From positions 190,613 through 254,612 of the forward strand of contig CBFGKC010000001.1 in assembly GCA_965649265.1 (NCBI GenBank): DNA of 64,000 bases, given 5' to 3'. Both the position numbers and the translations under genes were made by a program. Shown here in pieces: positions 57,295-64,000 of this stretch. Position 1 is the stretch's first letter. Every line of letters begins with the position of its first letter. Source of the stretch: a candidate division WOR-3 bacterium (lineage in GTDB: Bacteria; Hydrothermota; Tepidihabitantia; B3-TA06). The notes beneath the pieces were generated by a model, which had not been told where the DNA came from, ran no database searches, and saw only the letters and a program-made list of their open reading frames with translations.

Positions 57295-58839
57295 TCAGTT
57301 CTCCACTTGGTCGGTGGAGTGATCCACCTCGCGGGAGCAGATAACGTCGTTGGTGTCCGCGAGTATTACCGTATACTCTCCGGCTGCGGCGTAGATGTCC
57401 GCCTTCACTTCAATGGCTATGCCGTAGGTGTTTGCCCAGTCGGCAAGTTCTTCGAAGCGCTGAACCGCAAGAAAGTCCGCTATCCTGGGTTCCGCCTTCA
57501 CGAGCACGGTGCGTCCCTCGAGTCTTTTGGAGTACTGCGCAAGGGTGCGCTCTATCTCTGAAAGCAAATAATCTCTAGACGGTATCCTTCCGAGCCCCCG
57601 GCAGACTGCGCATTCCTCTGTCAGGTGTACAAAGAGCCCGGGACGCTTGCGCTCGCGCGTTATCTCGATAAGCCCGAAGCGGCTGAAGCCGGAGAAATCG
57701 GTATGCGCCCTGTCCTCGTGGAGATACCTCTTGAGTTCCTTGAGAACCGTGGCCATATTGTCCTTGGAGCGCATGTCTATGAAGTCTATGATCAGGAGAC
57801 CCGAGAGGTCGCGAAGCATTATCTGTCTTGCAATCTCCGATGCCGCCTCCATGTTGGTCTGGAAGATGAGCTTCTCGGGCTGTTCCTCGCCGGAGAACCG
57901 CCCCGTGTTGACGTCGATGGCAACTAGGGCTTCGGTATGATCAATCGTGATAAAACCACCGCTCTTTAGCCAGATCTTGCGTTCAAAAACCTTCTTGATC
58001 TCGTGCTCGACGCCGAAGCGTTCGAAGATGGGCAAGTTGTCCGTGTAGAGGCGGACCCTTGAGCGGAGTTTAGGCGCGTTGCGTCTGAGGTAGCGCAGGA
58101 TGTTTTCGTATTCCACGCGCGAATCCACAAGAACGTTCGCGATTCCTTTGGTAAACTGGTCCCTTATCAACTTCAAAGAGACGAGCGGTTCCTCGTAAAG
58201 AAGAGCAGGGGCCTTTTCCCTCGTCGCGCTTTCCGCAATGGTAGACCACATCTCGTTGAGATTGTCGAAGTCGAGTTTGAGATCGGCGTCGGAGGCCTTT
58301 TCAGTCGCGGTTCTCACAATCAAACCGACCTTGCCCTGCTTCAGCTTGGAGGCTATCGCGCGCAGCCTTGAACGTTCGGCGCGATCCTTTATCCTTCTCG
58401 AGACGCCGATGTGATTGATGGATGGAGTGAGAACAAGGTAACGGCCCGGGAGGAATATGAAAGAAGAAAGGCGCGCACCTTTCTTCCCGAGCGGTTCCTT
58501 GACCACCTGAACAAGTATCTCCTGGCCGGTCTTGAGATCGAGTTTGAATTCCTTTTCGATCTTTTGGCTCTCCTCATCCTCCATCTCGGTGCCGTACTCT
58601 TCCGACAACGCCTTGTCGGGTATGTCGGAAAGAGGCAGGAAGCCGTTTTTTGAAAGCCCGATGTTAACAAAGGCTCCTGCAAGTCCATGAACGATGTTTT
58701 CGACCTTTCCTTTGTAGATCCTGCCGACCAGGTTTTTCTTCTCGAGCCTTTCTGAATAAAACTCTATAAGCTTACCCTCGTCCAGTACCGCCGTGCGAAT
58801 CTCGAAACGCCCTACGTTGATCAATATCTCTTTTTTCAT
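57295..58839 (-). CDS. rng: Ribonuclease E/G family (Rng-sized)
   Basis: GRIYKGKV S1 domain, AFVNIG, KEPLGKKGA, EALVAIDVNTG, IIDFIDM, CAVCRG. Confidence 0.92.
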   Translation of the reverse strand: MKKEILINVGRFEIRTAVLDEGKLIEFYSERLEKKNLVGRIYKGKVENIVHGLAGAFVNIGLSKNGFLPLSDIPDKALSEEYGTEMEDEESQKIEKEFKLDLKTGQEILVQVVKEPLGKKGARLSSFIFLPGRYLVLTPSINHIGVSRRIKDRAERSRLRAIASKLKQGKVGLIVRTATEKASDADLKLDFDNLNEMWSTIAESATREKAPALLYEEPLVSLKLIRDQFTKGIANVLVDSRVEYENILRYLRRNAPKLRSRVRLYTDNLPIFERFGVEHEIKKVFERKIWLKSGGFITIDHTEALVAIDVNTGRFSGEEQPEKLIFQTNMEAASEIARQIMLRDLSGLLIIDFIDMRSKDNMATVLKELKRYLHEDRAHTDFSGFSRFGLIEITRERKRPGLFVHLTEECAVCRGLGRIPSRDYLLSEIERTLAQYSKRLEGRTVLVKAEPRIADFLAVQRFEELADWANTYGIAIEVKADIYAAAGEYTVILADTNDVICSREVDHSTDQVEN

Positions 58840-61263
58840 CTAGGAACTCTCCTCGAAAAGTGTTGAAAGGCCCTGTCCTCGCTTGACATAAGCATCCACG
58901 CGCTCCGCGCGGAGCAGGCGGGCCTCGGGTGTAGTAATGTTGTAGATTTTAGCGAGCGAATCCCAGAGCTTGACGCGGTTGGCCTGACCCAGGAATAACG
59001 TCAAATGGCCGTCTTGCATATCGGCGTGAACTAAATACTCATCACCGGCAATGCGCTGCTTCAGTGTTCCTTCGTCGACCGGAGGCGCAGGCCGGATTTC
59101 GTAATGCAGAATGTCGGCCGTTTTCGTTATCGCCTGAGCGCCTGGAGGAAGAATCCTTGACGCGAGAATTCCCAACCCACGCGGCATGTGGGGTGCAAGA
59201 ATCTCCTCGACTGGTTTTGCCGGACGCTCGGCGAGGAAGAAGTCCAGATATTCTCCGCGGCTTGTGACGCCCACGGGCTTGGGAAAACCGAAACTTGCCC
59301 TGGGGTGTGGTGAAAAACCCTCGGAGTAAGAGAGCACGAGACCAGAGCGCCTTAGCAGACGGTACATCGCGCGAACAAGATCGAGGTGACTTGCATATCT
59401 GAAGGGTTCACCAACCTCGAGCTTGATTCTTACCCTGAACTCGTGTGACGTGCCTGCGACAGTCGTGCGCATTCTCTTCGAGGGCTTCTCGTTAGCGATG
59501 CCGGGTGTTTGCGCGGTTGCTACGGTCGCCGTGTTTGTGCAGTCGGCGCCGCAGCCGTTGCACGGGCCGGTGAGACAGTCGGCAAGGACGATTCCTTCGA
59601 GCGCCCTTTTGTATTCCTTAAGGAGAAAATCCCTTGATACCCCGGTCGATATGAACTCCCAGGGAAGGCCGTGACCGGTATCCAGCGCCTTGGTGTAATC
59701 GCCCGGATCAATCGATTCCTGTTCAAGGACCTCAAGCCAGCGTTCAAGCTTGAATTGCTCGCTCCATTCCTGGAAGTAACCTCCCCGCTGGAGGACTCCT
59801 TCCAGTACTTCCGCCATTCGTTCGTCTCCTCTCGCAAGAAGCGCCTCTACAAAGCTTGCCTGAGGCCTTGCCCACTTTGTTTTCACCCTCTTTGAGCCTA
59901 TCTCTTCCTTCATGCGGAATATCCTTTCCTCTAGTACCGGGATATCGGTGAAGGGCGCCCATTGAAAGGGTGTGTGTGGTTTGGGGACAAACGAGGCTAT
60001 GTGAATGTTAACGGCCAGACCTTTGACCGCACGCAAGATCTCTCTGACAAAGTCTATGCTCGCGTCGACGTCTTCCGGAGTTTCGCCGGGCAGGCCGACC
60101 ATGAAGTAAAGCTTCACGTGCCGCCAGCCCAGGCGCGCGGCGGTTCTGGCCGTTTCGATGATTTCTTCGTTTGTGACGTTCTTGTTTATTACCCTTCGCA
60201 GCCTCGGAGAGGCGGTTTCGGGCGCAAAGGTGAGGCCTGTTTTCTTTATCTCCCTGAGCCTCTGGCCCAGACGCTCCGAGAAGGTTTCGCCCCGAAAGCT
60301 CGGAAGCGAGATGGAAGTGCGTGTCGCCGAAAGTTTCTCGTTCAATCTTGCCAGCAGCTGGTCGAGACAAGGATAATCGGAGACCGCGAAAGAGAGAAGA
60401 GAGACCTCATCCCAGCCGGTCGCCGCGAGTCCTTCTTCGGCCAGTGCCAGAATCTCATCGGCGGGGCGCTGCCTCATGGGACGATTGGTGAAGCCCGCCT
60501 GGCAGAAGCGGCATCCGCGAAGGCATCCGCGCCCTATCTCGACCACTAGCCGGTCGTGCTCAATCTCGCCTATGGGAACCACCTGACGTGTGGGAGCGTC
60601 CTCGATATTGAGTTGTTTGGCAAACCTGCGGTTGATCCTCTTCGAGCGTCCGTGAACGGAAGGCACCCATATTCCCTCGATCTCTGCGAGGCCGGCTAGG
60701 CGTTCCGCCTTATTCCCGGTTCCAAGAAGAACGGCGACCATTTCCCCGACGGCGTCCTCCGCGTCGCCGACGAGAAAGGCGTCAAAAAAGGGTTCGAGGG
60801 GGAGGGGGTTAACGGTGCAGGGACCTCCCCCGACGATCAAGGGGTCTTGCGCTCCGCGGTTCGCCGATCTCAAGGCGACTCCCGAAAGCTCGAGCGCTGC
60901 GAGCGCGTTGGTGTAACCCAGTTCACTCTGAAGGCTTATCCCGAGCATGTCGAATTCCCTGAGGGGAGTGCGTGTTTCCAGGCTCGCAAGCGGTACGCCC
61001 TCGCACTTCATCTTGTCGAGCATATCCGTCCAGGGGATGAACGCGCGCTCGGCCCTCGCGTCCGGTATCCGGTTTATCACGTGATACAGCACTCGCAGCC
61101 CGTAGTTGGACATTCCTATCTCGTACACGTCCGGAAAGACCAGTGCGATTCTTGCCTTTGCATCCCTTGCCATCTCGGCGAAGAGCTCGGAGCCGGTGTA
61201 GCGGATAGGATGTTCAACCTGGGGCAAAAGGTGTTCGAACGTCTCCTGCCACGAAGTCATCAT
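58840..61263 (-). CDS. TIGR03960-type radical SAM protein fused to TIGR03936/DUF2344 domain
   Basis: FPDVYEIGMS, GCLRGCRFCQAG, TFAPE, FVPKPHTPFQW, CxxxxCxxCG; then SHLD...SEGFSPHP; promoter TTGACT(61297)-N16-TAACAT. Confidence 0.9.
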   Translation of the reverse strand: MMTSWQETFEHLLPQVEHPIRYTGSELFAEMARDAKARIALVFPDVYEIGMSNYGLRVLYHVINRIPDARAERAFIPWTDMLDKMKCEGVPLASLETRTPLREFDMLGISLQSELGYTNALAALELSGVALRSANRGAQDPLIVGGGPCTVNPLPLEPFFDAFLVGDAEDAVGEMVAVLLGTGNKAERLAGLAEIEGIWVPSVHGRSKRINRRFAKQLNIEDAPTRQVVPIGEIEHDRLVVEIGRGCLRGCRFCQAGFTNRPMRQRPADEILALAEEGLAATGWDEVSLLSFAVSDYPCLDQLLARLNEKLSATRTSISLPSFRGETFSERLGQRLREIKKTGLTFAPETASPRLRRVINKNVTNEEIIETARTAARLGWRHVKLYFMVGLPGETPEDVDASIDFVREILRAVKGLAVNIHIASFVPKPHTPFQWAPFTDIPVLEERIFRMKEEIGSKRVKTKWARPQASFVEALLARGDERMAEVLEGVLQRGGYFQEWSEQFKLERWLEVLEQESIDPGDYTKALDTGHGLPWEFISTGVSRDFLLKEYKRALEGIVLADCLTGPCNGCGADCTNTATVATAQTPGIANEKPSKRMRTTVAGTSHEFRVRIKLEVGEPFRYASHLDLVRAMYRLLRRSGLVLSYSEGFSPHPRASFGFPKPVGVTSRGEYLDFFLAERPAKPVEEILAPHMPRGLGILASRILPPGAQAITKTADILHYEIRPAPPVDEGTLKQRIAGDEYLVHADMQDGHLTLFLGQANRVKLWDSLAKIYNITTPEARLLRAERVDAYVKRGQGLSTLFEESS

Positions 61264-61439
61264 TACGCAATGTTATCTTAAAGAGGCCTCAAGTCAACTA
61301 CGCGCGGGCTGTGAATCATAAGAGACTGCTTCTTAACCGTCACAGACGACCGCCGGAATATATTCACGAAGTTTCCAGAAAACAGCGTCGTTATCCCTGC
61401 AAGTGCTGAACTCACCAATGTGGATCAGGGGGGAGGGGG

Positions 61440-63536
61440 CTAGATTTGGTGCTCGAACTGAAGCTTGTAGAGGCCGTAGTAAACGCCTTTGCGATTCATA
61501 AGCTCATCATGGTTGCCTTCCTCCACAATCTTGCCGTGGTCGAGCACGATGATCCTGTCCGCGTCCCGGACCGTGGAAAGTCTGTGCGCAATAATCATAG
61601 CCGTACGGCCTTCCAGAAGTTTGTGAATCGCGTCTTGAATGAGCGCCTCGGTCTTTGTGTCGACCGATGACGTCGCCTCGTCCAACACCAGAATCGATGG
61701 GTCGAATGCGAGCGCGCGAGCGAACGAGATGAGCTGGCGCTCGCCGACCGAAAGGTTCACGCCCCTTTCCTGAACATCGGCATTGTATCCTTCGGGAAGC
61801 CTCGAGATGAAAACGTCCGCGTTAGTCGTGCGCGCCGCGGCCGCTATTCTTTCATGCGGGAGATCGCTGCGAAGCCGTATGTTCGTCTCGATATCACCGA
61901 TGAACAGGAAGACGTCCTGCATCACTATCCCTACCTTTGAGCGCAGATCATTTTTGTCGATCTCGCGCGTGTTCCGGCCGTCCACCAGAATCTGGCCCTT
62001 CTGTATTTCGTAGAATCGCGATAGAACATTGATAACAGAAGTCTTCCCCGCCCCGGTAGCCCCTACGAATGCGACGCGCTCGCCGGGCTTTATCTTGAAC
62101 GAGACGTCTCTTAAAACCCATTCCTCGTCGTTGTAAGCGAACCATACGTTTTTGAATTCTATCTCGCCCTTGATGGATGAAGGCAGAGCCTTTCCTTGAT
62201 ACTCCTCCTCCTTCTCGTCCATGAGCATGAATATGCGCTCGCCCGATGCCATCGCCTGCTGAAGAAGGTTGAACTTATCCGTCAAATCCCTTATCGGCGT
62301 GAAGAAAATGTCTATATACCTCAGGAAAGCGACGAGGAAACCCAGCTCGAAGAAGTTGTGCAGCCCTACCCAGCGCGAACCGAACCAGATTATGGCGGCA
62401 AGCGCGATTACCGCGAAGAAATCCACAATCGGCCTGAACGTCGCGAAGACCATCATTTGCCCGAAGCGCGCCTCGAAGAAGCTTTCGTTGAGCTTGTGAA
62501 ACTCCCGAAGTCTCTTTAGCTCCTGCCTGAATACCTGCACAACCTTGATGCCGGAAAGGTTCTCGTTCAGGAACGCGTTAATCCTCGCAATTCTTACCCT
62601 GACCTTGCGGAAAGCGTCGCGAAGCCGCGTGCGGAAGATAACGGTCGCGACCAGCATAGGCGGCACTATCGCGAAGAGAACAAGGGCAAGCCGCCAGTTA
62701 TAGATAGGAAGGTAGATGAGAAGCCCGACTATGACGAAGCCGTCATACAAAAAGCTCGTGACGACGTCGGAAAAGAACTGGCTAAGGGTTTCCACGTCGT
62801 TCGTCACCCTAGTGACCATGCGTCCCACGGGGTTTCGGTCAAAAAAGCGAACGGGCAGGCGTTCGAGGTGTTCGAATATCTTGCTCCTCAGGCGGTGCAT
62901 GGAGCGCTGACCCGCAACGGTCGTGAGAACCGTCTGCCCGAAGCTTGAAAGAAATTGAAGAATCCCTATCCCAAGGAAAAACAGAGCGAGCTTTATTACA
63001 CCCTGCCAGTCGGAATCCCTTATCGCGATCAGCGCTTTTAGCGGGAAGCGGACGCGGTCGGGCAGATCTGAATACGGCACAAGCAGCCTGTCGTTCCCGG
63101 CTTTCATGTACGACGAAATGACTTCGGGAGCAAGCTTTCCTTTGGCCTTTCTCGTTTCCATGAGATAATATTCGCGGCTGTCGGCCTCCTGTCCGGTGCG
63201 CGGTTTTATCTCCTTCACATACTGCTGGGGTACCGCGTAAAGCACCTCGCCCGGCTTGTGCACGGAGTACAGCCTGTCCTCCACCTTGTATACATTATCT
63301 TTGAAATCCTTGATCTGGGAAGGCTCAAGGTACACAAGAGTGGCCACCCTGTATATCTGGTTGTCAATCGCGCGCTGGAAGAGCACGGGCTGGATGATTT
63401 GGGCAAACGCGATCAAAATTCCAAGAAGTGCCGCAAGCCCTATCATCCACTTGTCGCGCTCGAGGTACGTGATCAGCCTTGCGGTTATCTTGGAATCGTA
63501 GAGTTTACCGAGCTTTTCTTCTTCCTGTACGAACAT
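61440..63536 (-). CDS. ABC exporter permease/ATP-binding subunit
   Basis: TMD with FFDRNPVG..RVTND; Walker A GATGAGKTS; LSVGERQ; LVLDEATS; IAHR. Confidence 0.95.
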   Translation of the reverse strand: MFVQEEEKLGKLYDSKITARLITYLERDKWMIGLAALLGILIAFAQIIQPVLFQRAIDNQIYRVATLVYLEPSQIKDFKDNVYKVEDRLYSVHKPGEVLYAVPQQYVKEIKPRTGQEADSREYYLMETRKAKGKLAPEVISSYMKAGNDRLLVPYSDLPDRVRFPLKALIAIRDSDWQGVIKLALFFLGIGILQFLSSFGQTVLTTVAGQRSMHRLRSKIFEHLERLPVRFFDRNPVGRMVTRVTNDVETLSQFFSDVVTSFLYDGFVIVGLLIYLPIYNWRLALVLFAIVPPMLVATVIFRTRLRDAFRKVRVRIARINAFLNENLSGIKVVQVFRQELKRLREFHKLNESFFEARFGQMMVFATFRPIVDFFAVIALAAIIWFGSRWVGLHNFFELGFLVAFLRYIDIFFTPIRDLTDKFNLLQQAMASGERIFMLMDEKEEEYQGKALPSSIKGEIEFKNVWFAYNDEEWVLRDVSFKIKPGERVAFVGATGAGKTSVINVLSRFYEIQKGQILVDGRNTREIDKNDLRSKVGIVMQDVFLFIGDIETNIRLRSDLPHERIAAAARTTNADVFISRLPEGYNADVQERGVNLSVGERQLISFARALAFDPSILVLDEATSSVDTKTEALIQDAIHKLLEGRTAMIIAHRLSTVRDADRIIVLDHGKIVEEGNHDELMNRKGVYYGLYKLQFEHQI

Positions 63537-64000
63537 TACTTTATCCCCTGAAGTTTCGCGAACAGGGCGTAGAGCCCTTCGTGTTTCATGAGCTCGGCGT
63601 GCGTGCCGCGCTCAACAATTTTTCCCGCATCCAGCACAAGTATCTCGTCGGCGAAGGCGAGACTGCGCGGCCTTGCCGAGACAATTATCACCGCGCGCTC
63701 GCGCATTATGCCCTTCAGAGCCGTCAATATCTCGATCTCGGTGTCGGCATCAACCGCCGACAGCGCGTCGTCGAGAATAAGAATCCTGGGGTCGGTGAGA
63801 ACGGCGCGTGCGATGGTCAAACGCTGTTTCTGTCCGCCGGAAACGGTCACGCCTCTTTCCCCAAGCAGCGTATCGTAACCCTGGGGGAATTCGAGAATCT
63901 CGTCGTGGATGCCTGCGATCTTCGCCGCCCTCTCCACCTCGTCCTGGCTCACTTCCCTGTCAATACCGAAGCCTATGTTCTCCTTCACCGTTTCCGAAAA
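63536..64000 (-). CDS. ABC exporter ATP-binding subunit, C-terminal part (partial)
   Basis: LGERGVTVSGGQKQR, LILDDALSAVD; frame runs off the window edge. Confidence 0.92.
   Translation of the reverse strand, partial: FSETVKENIGFGIDREVSQDEVERAAKIAGIHDEILEFPQGYDTLLGERGVTVSGGQKQRLTIARAVLTDPRILILDDALSAVDADTEIEILTALKGIMRERAVIIVSARPRSLAFADEILVLDAGKIVERGTHAELMKHEGLYALFAKLQGIK

Overview
Gene-dense bacterial chromosomal window with no integrase, transposase, prophage or CRISPR. The many proteins ending in a FlgD-Ig/T9SS-like C-terminal domain (CTD) suggest a diderm FCB-related lineage such as WOR-3; this is inference. 1-10.5 kb is a tandem array of at least 6 (probably 7) paralogous exported proteins built from a shared CARDB/Ig-like double module, preceded by two consensus sigma-54 promoters. 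Five complete members end in the CTD and one is a CTD-less lipoprotein. A TolB-like propeller and a gingipain-like C25 peptidase follow. The rest is mainly housekeeping: sucCD-korDABC-ndk, two GT2 genes, rpsP-khpA-trmD-rplS-rnhB (no rimM), two tRNA-Ser genes, gltX, yhhQ, a CPA2-EIIA fusion, argF, an M14 carboxypeptidase, yebC-ruvCAB, divergently split fumarase subunits around a palindrome-rich insert, ackA, Rne/Rng, a radical SAM fusion and a heterodimeric ABC exporter. Main unexplained signals: (i) about 9 copies of a ~52-bp repeat upstream of tRNA-Ser(TGA), with a divergence gradient and in register with the tRNA 5' end; (ii) the mosaic, sigma-54-driven surface-protein array with a hypervariable central domain; (iii) housekeeping promoters with an almost uniform 16-bp spacer and many apparently leaderless genes; (iv) helically phased repeats plus a DnaA box upstream of the fumarase alpha gene. 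All calls are by eye from sequence; no searches were run.
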